Origin: Camelus dromedarius
Taxonomy: Eukaryota
Direction: 5' to 3'
DNA length: 64,000 nt
Assembly (NCBI RefSeq): GCF_036321535.1
Contig: NC_087437.1
Span: forward strand, 86,678,001 to 86,742,000
Shown: piece after piece, positions 25,520-39,290 of the stretch
Position numbering within the stretch: position 1 is the first letter of the stretch
Layout of the letters: the number at the start of each line of letters is the position of its first letter
Position numbers and translations under genes: made by a program
The notes under the pieces: model-generated
Database searches by the model: none
Told to the model about the DNA's origin: nothing
The model's input: only the letters and a program-made list of their open reading frames with translations

Positions 25520-26040
25520 CATCACTGTTCTGTTGTCTTGATACTTTTTGGAGAACTTACTGGCCCTCCACCCCAGTCCATCCTCTTCTCCTCTGTTAGT
25601 AGGATTGTGGCTAGGATCATGGCTAAAATACATTTTTGAGGCTGGTTTGTAGCTGAGTGAGTCCGCGTGACTAGATCTTATCAATAAAATGGGAGAAAGG
25701 ATGTGAATCACTTCTGAAACAAAGCTTTTAGCGTGGATATTTGCCTCCTTCATATTCTTTCTCTCTTTTGCTGACATGAAGATGCCGGTGACAACGAGGC
25801 AATTGCAATTAGAAGGGAGCCACAGATGTAAGGAGCCTGGGTCATTGCATATTAATATTAATGCAGTTCTTGTCAACCAGAAATAAGCACTTTTGACTGT
25901 TACCTTAAGAGGAAAGAAACATCTATTACATTCCAACAATATATATTTCTGAGTATATTATTGTATTTTTATGCTATATAGCATATAATTTTATATATCA
26001 TATTTGTTGTAGCATTTGACTGAAACCTAAGTAATAACAA
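25520..26040 (+). mobile_element. MaLR LTR remnant (MLT1-type)
   Basis: aaatacatttttgaggctggtttgtagctgag..., aggagcctgggtc, ttgttgtagcatttgactgaaacctaagtaata. Confidence 0.55.
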
Positions 26041-27439
26041 TGCCAATGTATGAAACGTAGACTAAAACGGTAACACCTCCCTCAAGGCAAACACAGAGAC
26101 CCAGCAGGCCCATTATAACTTGAGCCCACCAGTGACGGCGTTTGGAGCGTTCTGCTGACATGGTTTTGAGCATTCCTCAGGATGCAGCCCTACAGACCGC
26201 TGTGATCCGTCAGCGCGGCTGTCATGGCAAGTAGATTTAGAGCGGTTACAAGTGTTTCACGTATCTGCCAAAACTGAAGTAAATACGTTAGTGCCTGTCT
26301 TGTCTAGACAATTAAAACATTATCGAATATTAATGCACAGCACGCAATATGTAACAGCTTTGTCTTTAGAGATTTGGAAGCATCAATTTAAAAAAAAAAT
26401 ATTTGATGTTCTCTACAATAATGATATGCCAATTAACTTCCCTCCCCAAAATACTACGTTGTCTTACTTCCCACCATCCTTTTCCCCAAACCAAAAGTTT
26501 GGGAATTTAACACGAATCCTCTTTTTCTTCTGTATAATTTTGGAAGTTTAAGACTTAGGACATTTAAAAAAAACCAGATTATTTATGGAATCAAGGACTA
26601 GTACAATTTAATACTTAACATTCTTAATAATGTCATGTAGGCTTTGAAGATACATGGGAATGTTATGGGGGGAAATAATGGATTGAGTTTAGCGCATCTT
26701 ACCCAACCCTCCCTGGGTATGAGAGAATAGCTTTACATTTTAGTTTACCGAGGAAAGCCCTTAGTGGATTTTTAAGATGGAAGATGTACTGTGAAGAAGA
26801 GAGGATAAATGGGAATAATTGGAGAAGCAGAAGTGAGAGTGGCTGGCTCTGAGGGAGGAGAGTGCCTTCTGTGTGGCAAGGATACAGGAGTTTAGCAAGC
26901 CCATGTCAGGATTAGCACTGCACCATCTTGTGGAACCAGGTGAGGGTGACAGGATTGGATGGCATTAACTATAAGATGCGTGTAGGGACCCTGGACATAT
27001 GGTACTGCTGCTTCCAGCCTTGGCAGAGACTCTGTGCCCTGGCTTTGCGATGCAGAGCCGAGCTGCCTGTCCTCAACGGACCCCTCAGGCAGTGGGCGTT
27101 GTTGGGGCTCTCATGCTGCACTGAGTGATAAGGTTCCTTCCCTCATTTCTTTTAATACCACAATTGTTTATTTATATTTCTAGGTCACTCTAATAAGAAG
27201 GAAGACAGAAATAGGCTTAAAACATACCTCAGATAATAATTATCACACTTTGAAGAGTGGGAGTTGGGAGTTAACTTTATATTGGTTGAGAAAAATCAGT
27301 GTGGAGTGAAATTTATTCCTGGTACCTATGAAAAATGCAGGATCTTTGAATTCATCATTTGGTTTCATCCAAAGTGACTTCTGCGTTATCAGAAGAGATC
27401 AGTGTTGGTATAAAAGCTCTATATTGACCTTCCTTTGTT

Positions 27440-27583
27440 TTTATATTATATATAATTACTATATTTAATAATTTGGCTATGTAAGACATTAAATTAGGGG
27501 ATGCAGGGCAAGGGACACAAGGAGACTTAATACTAGTTTGCTATTTTCCAGTAGGTCTAAAATTAGTTCAAAATAAAATGTTA
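27440..27583 (+). mobile_element. Old L1M 3'-terminal fragment
   Basis: gtaagacattaaattagggga...ttgctattttccagtaggtctaaaattagttcaaaataaaatgtt. Confidence 0.55.
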
Positions 27584-28497
27584 GAAATTGAAAGACACAA
27601 GTAGTCAGAAATCAATCTTGGCCTGGAATTATTTAATATAACATTAAAAAAATCTCAATAGTCCTTAATGTCCCTATAATAAAGTATACAAATATAATAA
27701 ACTACTAAAATAAAAGTTTATTAAGATAATTATCAAGAAATTCTGAGTTATCAAGAAATACTTCTAACCAAACTTTCATATTAGCACAAAAGTTATTATA
27801 AAAATTACTTTACAACATAGGCTTCAGTGAGAAATTCACCAGAGCAACTAAAGACTCCAGGAAAATCTGGTGTTTGTATACGTATCCATCGAGCAGAGTT
27901 GTTGGAGGTTTGTTAAAGAGGTACTGCAGAAATATGGGGACTTAGTAAGGACAAGTTTCAGAAGTAGGTGAGTATTGGCAGATAACAGGGCAGAGGACAC
28001 TCTTACAGGGTGTGAGTCTCAGCTGAAAGATACAAGAGAGGCCAAGATTTGATCAGGGACTATTCAAGTGAGAAGTTCATCTCAGTGTATGATGGGAAAA
28101 CAAATTTTTAAGGAGACACTTGCCTGTGGTGTTTGTCTCTGAGTTTTTATTAGTATGGTACTGGGGTAGAATTTACCTCAGTATGAAAAAATTAGAAGTC
28201 ACTAAATCATCAAAGCAAATCAGTTGTCAAAAAAATGACATTTGAATAAAATAATACATACAATAATACAGACATAGAGATGTGAAAAAGAGAACATTTG
28301 GGTTAGTCAGCTTAGACCATCCTAGCATGAAAGGATGGCCCTTGGTTGGTGGACTACAGGTGAAGACGCACTTGGCACCCAGGGTTAGAAGAAGTGAGCC
28401 TGTGCGCTCACCCATTAGCCTGGACAGCTGAGGAGCCTCCTTCCTAGAGATAGATGCTCTGGGATTTTGATGTGGTTCCTGCTACTATTCCTTAGAG

Positions 28498-28665
28498 CAC
28501 TGGTTGGAAAGGTGTGGTCTCCAGGCCAGCTCCATAACCTGTACCTGGGAACTTAAATGCACTACCTCAGACCTACTGGATCAGAAACTTTGTGCTGTAG
28601 CCCAGCAATATGTGTTTAACAAGCCCTCCAGGGGCCTGCGATGCAGTCAAATTTGAGAGCTCCTG
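28498..28665 (+). mobile_element. MER5A-like hAT-Charlie DNA transposon relic
   Basis: cagacctactggatcagaaact...tttaacaagccctccagg...aatttgagagctcctg; 8-bp flanks ccttagag/tcttggag (6/8). Confidence 0.85.
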
Positions 28666-31209
28666 TCTTGGAGAATAAGTCACCTCCTCTTATACCAATG
28701 AACTTTATTCCATAGACCGTCTCTCACGGCTCACTAGTTTTTAACCTTTTCTTTTGTACCTATTGGGTTTACACTGAAATTTTAATCTAAATGTTTACAT
28801 GAGGCTTTTTAAAATCCAATTTGTTCATGTTGTTTTCCTACAATCCTATCAGAATGACAAAGCATTTTGACCCTGTCAGTTGTTAACTTTAGAAAAACTG
28901 ATGGTAGAAAAATAATAAAATTGTCGGGGTTGTTGGAGGATGCTAAGAACTACGGTTATTTTCATCTGTTAAGTAACTGATTGAATTGACAGCACACTAA
29001 AAATTCTGCAACAAGTTATACTGTACATTGGTTGGAGTGAATAAATTTAAGAAAGAGTTCAGTACGTTGTCATACATAAGCATTCCTAGCAAGACTTGAC
29101 TTGCACCTGTTGAACTATTTCAAAGAATAAAAATACCTGTGCATTCAAGCCAGAAAATTCTACTCACTGCCAGCCCCACTGTGAGGTAAGATGCAACTTA
29201 CAGACAGAGTAGCAACCCCTAGAGTGTCACTTAAAATAACTTTTTTTTTTCTGATAGGAAAAAAAATCAACCAGCAATCTCTCACTCTTTTCATTTGCAT
29301 TTGCCAAGCAGCTGTATTTACAGAAAGCAATGGCCTAATTTTTTAAATCTTGATTTCTAATTGAGCAGTTTGGTGGTCTAATGATTTTAGTTTGTGAAAC
29401 TCATAAAATACATAGGCCAGAGTAGCTTGAACCTTTTCCCTCTTTCTTCTCTTCCATGTTCTCATTATTTATAATGAGTCTTCCCAGAAACCTTTCAGTG
29501 CGTTCCTTGCTGAGTACATGGACACTGGTGAAGTGGGGAGATAATCAACTCCAGGCTGGGACTTCGAAGCAGCGCCAGCAAGCTACTCATGACTCCAGCA
29601 GATGTTTCTGCTTTGGGGGGCCGAAAGAAATTTTATAGGGTTTTTCCTCCCTTTCAGGGAAAATTGCCAGAACAGTCAAGAAATGGGAAATATATAGGTC
29701 TGTTTGCATTTCCAAGTTGGGAGGGATATTATGTCCAATAAAAGGAATTTTGAAGAGAGGAATTTCTGAAGACACCATCTCACAATAGTTATGTAAAATG
29801 TTCACCAGGAAAAAGAGGAACCAAGTAAAGCTGACTTGGCTTCAGATTTCTCCAAATATTGAAAACTGTGTGAATGTTAGAGGAGTTAGAAATAATACTC
29901 ATTTATGGTAAAAACACACCTGGGAGTCAATAAGGACCTTCTCCTCCCTCCCCTACCAAAAGACACAGATGCAGGACTCTGAATTTCTTCACTGCCTTTT
30001 TCATTTTTTCTGCTTCTCTTAGAAGAATTTAAATTGTGAGTAAACTGCAGGAGAGAATTTTGCAGGACTGTGAGTCTTTTTTATTTTAAATTGACTGTGT
30101 ACCACATAGTTAAATTTTGTTTCTGAAAACAATTTCCTTGAGTTGGGAGATCTGAGATTTAAAGCTATCATAGATTAATGTGCTTGATTTTGACAGTGTT
30201 TTTGACCTTGAGAAAAGTCTATGTGCAAAATCATGTGATAAACATCAGAGAGAACTGGTCACGTGAAATGCATGTGAAGTAAATCTATAGAGCTGTGCCA
30301 TGCTCTAGTTCTGGGGTTAAAAGTTTCCCTTTTGGAGTGAGTCTGAAATCTGAGAGAGAGAGAGAGAAGCCTACTACGCCACTTGCTAGAGTCATTTATG
30401 TAACTGGAGGTAGAGGATGAGTTTGGAGAACAAGGTTGCTGTAATTCTTGGTGGCTTTTCTGTGGTAACAAAGTGTCTGCTAAGAACCAGGAATAGTGAG
30501 CTATTACAGAGCCATCCTAATAACCTTTAATTAGATTATTTTCTGATATTGTATGCTCAAAGCCATGTAGAAACAATTAACATGGGGCATGTGATTAAGT
30601 AGAAATAGTGGTTTAGTCCATCTGTTTAGTAACTCAGATTTACTTATGATTAGTCACAGCTTATGTGTCATATGCTTTACAGAGGAAAAGTAGTTTGAGA
30701 TGCTTCCATTGAGAAATTGTACTATGAAAGAAATGTATCATCCACCTATTAAAGTTCTGATAGGACAGTGTTGACTTTAAAATCCATTAGCTAGTTTATT
30801 GTTAAAGATGAGAGTGTTAATTGAGGTCTCAGTAAACCTCTAGGAACCTCCCCTTGATCTCTGAGAGGAAGCAACCTCTACTTGTATGTTCCATTTAACT
30901 TTTTAAAACTTTTTGTGGAGTCCAAATTATCTAGTTTATTTCACCCTCATCTAAGTTAAATCTTGAAGGATGGGTAATATTTTGGCTAAATTGAGAAGGG
31001 ATAGCCCACTCAACTGGGGAGACATGTAGAAAGATTCAGATTTGGAACCAAAGTGTAAAAAATTTGAAAATTAAAATTCATACACATAAATGTCACATAG
31101 GTTGTAAGGAAATGGAAAAAAGATGAAACTAGTGACTTATACAGAAACAAGATTAAAAATGGAATTTCAGACCATAATAAATGGGTAAGAGGAAAACAAA
31201 ACCAGTTTC

Positions 31210-31470
31210 AGTGTGGCCAGTTGCAAGGTTGTTCTTGAAACAAGATGTTACCCTGAGTGGGGAAGTGATAGAATTAGAGGTAAGCTGCTGGAGATAAAGA
31301 ATATTAGAGTTTTAATTGATCAGATTTGCTCATTGACTGTATCATGATGGAATGACACAGAAGGAAAGTCAAAGATTATTTCTAGGTCCTGGCTTGAGCA
31401 ATTGGTTGGATAGGAGTACCATTCACTAAAACATTTGCAGGTATGAAGGGAAAGATGGATTCACTACCAG
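31210..31470 (+). mobile_element. L2 remnant
   Basis: gaaagtcaaagattatttctaggtcctggcttgagcaattggttggataggagtaccattcact. Confidence 0.55.
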
Positions 31471-32132
31471 TGCTTGACTAGAGAACAATTATTTCTAGGC
31501 ATCCTCAGTGTGTATGTGTGTTCCCAAATCTGTCCATGGTCCATGCATTTTCTTCTGTTCTAGCAACATCACATAAGTGCAATAACCAAAGGCAGTCTGA
31601 GGGAGGCTCACTGCCCGTGCTGTGCTCCCTAACCGTGCTGACTCCCTGATTGTCTTCTGGGCACAGTACTTAAATCTGCTGCTCCACAATGCCTGCTGAT
31701 GCTGTTGCTGGTCCCTACTGAAGAAACTGGGGGAGGTGCATCTGCTTGAAATTATTGCCCCAGACCAAATCATCGTGGGTTATCATGATGGCATTCAACT
31801 TCTGGTTATGTGCCCTCTTTGTTAGAACTTCAAAACTAGTTCTTAATGCTAGACCAAGAACAAAAGTCATCTCATTCCTTCCATTCTCTTTGCCATCTTC
31901 ATCTCTTCCCCTGATCACTTTGACTTTCCTTCTTTCCAGACTGAAACACAAACACACAATGCACATATATTCATGTAGAAAGACAAATGCCCATGGTGGT
32001 TGCTTGCTTTCCAGTTCTACAAAAAACAAGAGCAAAAATCTTCCTTTGAGCTAAATTGGGATACCTCGATGATGTATCAATACCTCATGGGCTTTTTATT
32101 CCATACAGTGATGGATTATTGAAAAGGGGTTC

Positions 32133-32601
32133 TGTTGGGCTGCACCTGCAGGCCTACAAGTCCTGTACTCACCCAGCTTCAAGATCAAAGAGCTCAGAGT
32201 CAGTGACAGAGACATTAGTGGTTTAATGGATAAGAGACTCTTACATGTCTGAAGCAAGGTCCTGAAGCAACTCCCTACCGTGTGCGGCAGATGGTAGGCA
32301 GGACATGGTAGCAGGTTTCACTCCGGGGGTAGGGAGAGGTTAGCAGTTCTGGGGAGAACTGACATCTGGTTGGCTCGTTGGTTGCCAAGGAAACCAGCAG
32401 AGGGGCATGCTCCCTTACTGCCCCTTTGATAAGCATAGTGGAGAGTTCTGATCTAAAGTTACAACAATCACTAGCTGGGACCTGGGAAAAGTATGTAGGA
32501 ATGTCAGTCCTGTGAGTAAGGTATAGGTGAAGCAGGCACTGGTCAATCAGGGGATATACAAAGAGCAGGAGAACAGCCATCTTTAGTGGCCTGACCATAC
32601 A
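32133..32601 (-). mobile_element. ERV solo LTR (469 bp)
   Basis: TGTT(32133)...ATACA(32601) termini; GC step relative to flanks; tttaat (ATTAAA on the minus strand) near the left end; TSD poorly preserved. Confidence 0.65.
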
Positions 32602-32621
32602 GCATCCTTGAAGTTAATCTG

Positions 32622-32803
32622 CACTGTGCTTTGCAAACTCTAGTGTGTGTACGTGTCACTGGGAGACCTGTTTGGTAGAGAAATTTATTCATGTAGATTC
32701 TGAGTCAATGATTCTGGGAACAGGGCTTTGAGCTCTCATTTCTAACAAGCTTCAGAGTAGTTTGGAAGCTTCTGGTCTGCATCCCACGCTTTGAGAAGCA
32801 AAG
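32622..32803. mobile_element. MER5-like hAT relic
   Basis: gattctgagtcaatgattctggg...catttctaacaagct...cacgctttgagaagcaaag. Confidence 0.7.
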
Positions 32804-35638
32804 TTCTAGTCTAGGCAATTTTCTCAGAGTACTGGGGGAAGAAAAGAAGTCACAGGCATTTGTTTAATGCAAGACAGTGTGTTTGGTGTTCCTCGTATAT
32901 TTAGTGACAGATGCTGGATTAGAAGAACTAACTCACCCCCTATCTTTTCTGCCACCATCAGCCATATTTCCCTCCAGTAGACCTTCAAACATTGGTAATA
33001 TTTGCATATCATTTTGGAATCTAGAGAAACTTTTTGCTGCTCACCAAAGAAATAACTTCCCTAAAGAAGGTGATGAGATCCGTATTTGCTAATATTTGGA
33101 GGTTTTGCTGCTAATTAAAAGTAAATATTTAATATTTTGCCAATCACCCATGATACTGTGTATATGGTGATTTATTAAACATTTGGAAATGTATAGGTAA
33201 CAAATTTCCATAGGTAAAGTAAGAGCTTCATTGAATATGGTTTCATACTATCTAATAGAAAGATAGTTATAAAATAAAATCTTGTGTGTTTTTTTTCCCT
33301 TTCAAGATAATTGAATTCAAAGTTTTAGTTTAAAATTTGTTTTAATACATAGGTGGGATTTTTCTGGAAAAATGCTACTCTGGTCAGGCAGGAAACCTTG
33401 TTCATTCATCTGTTATCCTGCAAATGTGCTTCTAAAGCAGGGAGGTTAATGAACCCTCAATCTGAGAGAGCACATAGATTGGGGTGCTGAAAACTGGTGT
33501 AGTTCAGCAACACAAAAATAGGGCTTTCTAGCAATAGATTGGGGGATTACCCCCTCCAGCTGAAACATCTGGTCACCAATTCATACCTGGATTTCTTTAT
33601 GTCTCATCCTTCCCCGACCCCTCCCTTCTTAATGCGGCTGCTCAAATTTAAACAAATGCTGGCAGGGAAGCAGATGGGCTCCACTCACGGCCTGGGGAAG
33701 AGCCAAGAAGACTAATGCAAGGTGCTCTCTTCTGACCCTGAGGTGACTGCAGACTTGATCAAAAGGGATCTTTCTCCCTAGGGAAAAGAGATAATGCAGT
33801 CTTATTGCTGGCTGGAAACATGCCCTTTCTTTCCAAAGGCGGCCAGTTCAGCTGTGGTTTGTATGCAGAGTCCTCTGGAGGATGTGCTGAAGCCATCAAA
33901 CCCATATCCTCTGGAATGTCTTCTGGGATTCCAGCACTGGCCAGAGAACAGAAATGAAGTAGCTGTTTCCAGCGATTTACAGTTCTCCTAAATATGAGAA
34001 GGAGAATGTGTGGAGACGTTTGAGCTCAGCAGGGTACTCACTGAGTGTTTCGGAGAAATTTCCATTGCTTCTGGCTGCATCTTGTAATTTTGCATCTCAA
34101 TGAATACTATCTGAAACCTTTCAGGAATATTAAATTCATTCAAAGAGGAAAAGTCCCCCTTGTGTTAAACAGCAACATGTAATATTTATTGAAAATCTTA
34201 AAATGTCTTCCCAAATTAATATCTGATTCAAAAAGAAGCCAACTGTACAGCCAGGAGGTCAGATGATGTACACATATATTCTATTCATAAATCTATCAAA
34301 GAGAAGGGATTATAGCCCTTCACCTATATCTAAAAAGTTTGAGAGGGCTATAAAACTGGAACATATTAACTATGTCTATGAAAATTTATATGTGCATATA
34401 TTCCTAGATTAAATCAAGTGCAGGGCCTAATGTAGAATATAAAATACTTATCATTTACTTTCTCTTTTGTGAGAGAATATGTTTTGGTTGAGGAATTCAT
34501 TCAATATTGGATACTCCTTTAGTTGAGACCATGAATAGTACAATAGAGAGGGAACTGATAGTGGCTATGAAAAAACAAAGACATAACATTAGTTCATGGG
34601 AATGGATCCAAAGTGGGGTTTTTTTTAACCACATGGAATCTCTGTAAATAATCTGTAAGCCCCTGCAGAATAACAGAAACACATTTTAAAAATTGGGTAA
34701 AGACTAAGTAAGGTTAGTCTATCGTATAAATTCAAGGACTCACAGATTATTTTATCTGGGAAAAATTAGGTTTACTATTATTAGTTAATATAGTTTATAA
34801 ACTGGTAAAGATTTCTACATGGTATTACTTATATATTTTAAACCACTGGAGACATTGAAAGATTGCCCAGATCCTACTGCTGTCTGGCATTGGACTGATG
34901 GGTAGAATGAACTATCAGGCCTACAGTGCTTTCTCAGATCCAAGATTTAACACTTACATTGTAGAATAGGTGCTATTCACTGGCTGTTTGATTTTAATTA
35001 TCTTTTATAAATCTGTAAAATAATGCAACTGCGTATCCTAAATAAGAGTCAAGAACTGATACCCTGTGGTCCTGAATAAACCCTCAGATGTGTAGCACAG
35101 TATTGTTGTGGTTGTTCAAGGAAGTCTAATTTGATTTGGTTTAGCATGGATTTTCTAGTTTATACAAACCCTATGATTGCTTATTTTCTTACTCATAATA
35201 GCCTCTTCACACATTTAAATTAGTTGCCTAATCTTTGAGGGCATTTGAGTTTGCAATATGGCTTAATCATCAGACTTCAAATGTTATAATCCTTCCTTTG
35301 ATATTGCACACTCTTTGAAAGCAAAATAGTATTCTTCTTGATTTCCTAGTACCAATTATCACAGTTTCTTAAGTAAGTGGATATCCTTCATATATTCATC
35401 TAATCCATAAATCTTTACTATGTCCCTATTGTGTTTTAGATAACATACTAGTCAATGAGTTTAAGGATGTACAAGACAGTTCCAGCACCCACTCTTATAA
35501 ATCTTAGTGGTTAAGTGAGGAAGGATCTACTTACTGATTGATAAAATGTGCCTATCTTAAATCTTCTTCTATCATAACTAAGGAAAATAAAAGGATGGCT
35601 ATTCTTTTCCAAGAAGAATATACATTAAAATATGCAAA

Positions 35639-36015
35639 TGTTATGGGCTGAATTGTATCCCCTCACAATTTGTATGTTGAAGTTGTAGCCCTCGGTACCT
35701 CAGAATGTCACTGTATTTGGAGATAGAGTCTTTAGAGAAGTAGTTAAGGTTAAATGAGATCATTAGGGTAGACTGTAATCCAATATGACTCATTACTTTT
35801 ATAAGAAAAGGAAATTTGGAAATAGACACAGAGGGAAAACCCAGTGAAGACACTGGCAGAAACTATAAGGCAAGGGAAGAGGCTCCCAGACAAAATGAGC
35901 CCTGCTGACACCTTCATCTTGGACTTCTAGCCTCGAGAACTGCAAGGAAATAATTTTTTGTTGTTTAGCAACTCCATCTATGGTACTGTTTCGGTAGAAA
36001 ACAAAGAAAGACCAC
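35639..36015 (+). mobile_element. MaLR LTR (MLT1B-like)
   Basis: tgttatgggctgaattgtatcccc...cagaatgtcactgtatttggagatag...ccctgctgacaccttcatcttggacttctagcctc. Confidence 0.85.
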
Positions 36016-36090
36016 ATTGGGGATGATTTAAGCAGTGTCTTTCAACCTCATTGTTAAGTCGCCTGATGGCATAATATGCAAAAGCTTCTT

Positions 36091-36122
36091 TTATTATTAT
36101 ATTATTATTATTATTATTATTA
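36091..36122. repeat. (TTA)n microsatellite
   Basis: About ten TTA units with one interruption. Confidence 0.9.
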
Positions 36123-36249
36123 CCTTCTATTATGCCTTCACCAGTATGGTACCAAAGCTTTCCAGTTCCGTCACAAGCCAGACCTGGAGATTTAGGAAAG
36201 AAGCTTAGATATTATACACAACTAAATCCTCAAGTATGAGAACATGGAG

Positions 36250-36650
36250 GGTAGGGACATCTGAACCAACAATTCATTTATAAGATATTTTCCTAAGGAT
36301 ATAACCAAACACTTACACAAAGATTTAACACTAAGAATTAATTATCTAAAGAAATAAAACATCAAAATAAACCAAATGCATTCTACCATCAAATAACACA
36401 TTGTAGAGGTATATTTGCTTGTATTGAAAGATATTTCCAATGTATTTCAGTGAAAAAGATGTTGTAAGTTAAGTTCCTGGTTTTGTGGGAGAAAAAAGAT
36501 ACAAATATGCATAAAATGGTCAGAAATATACAAACCAAAATATGTCACAGTGATTGTCTCTGAGAGATGGTGTTATAATATTTTTCTTTAAACTTTGTTT
36601 TATAATATTTATGCAATAAATGTGTTATTTTGTAATAAAAATAGCTCCAA
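36250..36650 (+). mobile_element. Ancient L1ME-like 3' remnant
   Basis: tattgaaagatatttccaatgtatttcagtgaaaaa...cagtgattgtctctg...tgtgttattttgtaataaaaa. Confidence 0.5.
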
Positions 36651-36711
36651 AATGTTGTCTTTTAAATATGTAAAATTTCAAAGTTTAAATTAAACTTTAA
36701 ACTCAAGTTTT

Positions 36712-36781
36712 TTTTTTCTGTTTTTTTTTTAACATTTTTTATTGATTTATAATCATTTTACAATGTTGTGTCAAATTCCAG
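36712..36781 (-). mobile_element. Ultra-short young L1 insertion (last ~50 nt of 3'UTR plus A-tail)
   Basis: aacattttttattgatttataatcattttacaatgttgtgtcaaattccag matches the 3' tip of the young L1s; perfect TSD taaactcaagtttt at 36698-36711 and 36782-36795. Confidence 0.95.
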
Positions 36782-36869
36782 TAAACTCAAGTTTTAAATG
36801 TCATAAGTCAATATTGTAATTATATGCTTTGAGTAGGACAACCACTGGAAAAATCTTTTTTAAGTCTAA

Positions 36870-38365
36870 GGCTGCATATAAACATAGTCAACTGATCCTT
36901 GACAAAGGAACAAGAGCAAAGACAATCTTTTTAACAAATGATGCTGGAACAACTGGACATCCACATGCAAAAAGTAAACCTAGACACAGACCTTATACCC
37001 TTCACAAAAATGAACTCAAAATGGACATAGAACTAAATGTAAAACACAAAACTATAAAACTGCTAGAAGAAAACAAACAAAAAAAATTAGATAACCTTGG
37101 GTATGGCAATGACTGTTTATATACAGTACTTTTTAGATATCATAATCCATTGAAGAAAGAATTAATAAGCTGGATTTCAAAATTAAATTTTAAATTAGAA
37201 GATTATAACTTTCTGCTCTGAAAAAGATAATGTCAAGAGAATAAAAAGGCAAACCACAGGTTGGAAGAAATATTTGCAAAACCATAAAGAATTGTTATCT
37301 AAAATATACAAGGGACTTCTAAAACAACAATAAAGGCACAAACAACCCCATGAAAAATAGGAAAAATACCTGAACAGACACCTCACCAAAGAAGATATAC
37401 AGATAACAAATAATCATAAGAAAAAATGTCCAACGTCATATGTCATTAGGGAATTGCAAATTAAAATAACAATGTAATACAACTACCTACTTATTAGAAT
37501 GGCCAAAATCCCAAATACTAAAAACACCAAATACTGGAAAGGGTATAAATCACCAGTAACTCTTACTCATTGCTGATGGGAGTGAAAAATGGTATAGACA
37601 CTTTGGAAGACAGCCTGGCATTTTCTTATAAAACTAAGCATATTTTTATGATATGATCCAGCAATCATGCTGCTTGGTATCTACAAAAAGGATATCCACA
37701 TGAAAACCTACACACAAATGTTTATATCAGCTTTATTCATAATTCAAAACTCAGAAGAAACCAAGATGCCCTTCAAGATGAGTGTATAAATAAACTGCCC
37801 AGACAATGGAATATTATTAACCATTAAAAAGAAATGAGCTATCAAGCCATGAAGAAACATGGAGGAACTTCAAATACATATTACTAATTGTAAGATGCCA
37901 ATATTGAAAGGTATATATTGTATGATTACAACTATATGACATTCTGGAAAAGGCAAAACTATGAAGACAGTAAAAAAGATCAGTGATTGCCCTGGGATGG
38001 TGGAGATTGCCCTGGAATGATAGAAGGGAGGAGAATGGTGGAGTAATGAGTAGTCCGGGCACAGGATTTTTAGGGCAGTGAAACTATTTTGTGTGATACT
38101 ATGTTGTTATATACATGCCATTATACATTTTTCCAAACTTACAGAATGTACAACACCTAGTGAACAGTAAGGTAAACTCTCGACTTTGGATGATTGTGAT
38201 GCATCTGTATAGGTTCATTGTAACAAGTGTGCCACTCCGATGGGTGATGCTGATAATGGCTATGCACATGTCAAGTCTGGGAGGGATGTGGGAAATCTCT
38301 GTGCCTTCCACTCATATTGCTGTGAACCTAAAACTATTCTAAAAACGTCTTCACATACAAAAAAG
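36870..38365 (+). mobile_element. Old 5'-truncated L1 (L1MC1/2-like) ORF2 end plus 3'UTR
   Basis: caactgatccttgacaaaggaacaag..., gagctatcaagccatgaagaaacatggaggaac, ending tgctgtgaacctaaaactattctaaaaa. Confidence 0.85.
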
Positions 38366-38769
38366 GCAATTTAATTCTCAAAATAATATAGATTATATGG
38401 CTTTGACATTTAAGATCATAACTTCCAAATTCTGATCAAAAGCCAATGAATTCTTAGTTAGCATGTGCCTGATTATTGTGGGGAAGCTTGAGGTGAATTC
38501 ATCAGTAAGTGTAAATAGTAGTGATTTGGCAATGCTAGAAAATGAATCAAAGATGGATAGAACATGATCCTTGTCCAGTAGAACTTATACTTGTAAAGTA
38601 AAATGTTAAGAATATATACAAAACTGGATGTGATTCTCCTAGCCTGCATAATGACCATGTCCTCTAAAGCCCAGTTGTGTATTCCTCTCCATTTCATGTA
38701 GGGATGTTTATGCTATATCCATTTATATCTGTCATTCCTTCCCTTATACTATCCTTTTAATGTATCCTT

Positions 38770-39290
38770 GCCCATCAATTCAACAAATATTTATTGAGCA
38801 AAGTATTCTGCTAGTTCCGCAGATTGTGGAAGAATGAGAGGCCTAATACAAACATTAATGTAACCAAAGCAAGTTATAAAATGTACAAATGACATAGTAG
38901 AATAATCAAGGGAATTCTTAGTGAGAAAAATTAAATCGAGTTTAAAAATATTCGAAAAGACCTTTGAAGTTTTGAAGGATGGACAATATGGCAGCCAACA
39001 GAAGTGGGGAAATTATGATATAAGAATAGAAGGAGTAACATAGGCAACACAACAAAGGCAACACAACAAAAGCATGTTCCAGGTAATAAAATAAGTAGCC
39101 CGTTTTGGTCGAAGGAAAAATTTTTGAAAAGATTAGAAATGTTGAGTAGAAAATATATGGTTGAACAAGATGAATTCTCCAGGACTGTTCTTGGAGTGAA
39201 AGTAGAAGTAACGAAAAACCAAAAAGGAACTTAAGGTGTAAAGTGATTATTTAGAACTATGCTTTAGGAAGATCAATTTGATCACCTTTG
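38770..39290 (+). mobile_element. L2 remnant
   Basis: Begins attcaacaaatatttattgagc, the classic L2 terminus, followed by a purine-rich body; strand follows the readable motif. Confidence 0.6.

Noticed and set aside
29090..29190. Strong donor GAG|gtaaga with an upstream AG
   Set aside because: All three frames are closed from the nearest acceptor and the pyrimidine tract is poor.
31495..32054. Three overlapping ~100-aa ORFs in a GC-elevated unique segment
   Set aside because: No recognisable homology or convincing splice-site pair; may be regulatory, but this is unsupported.
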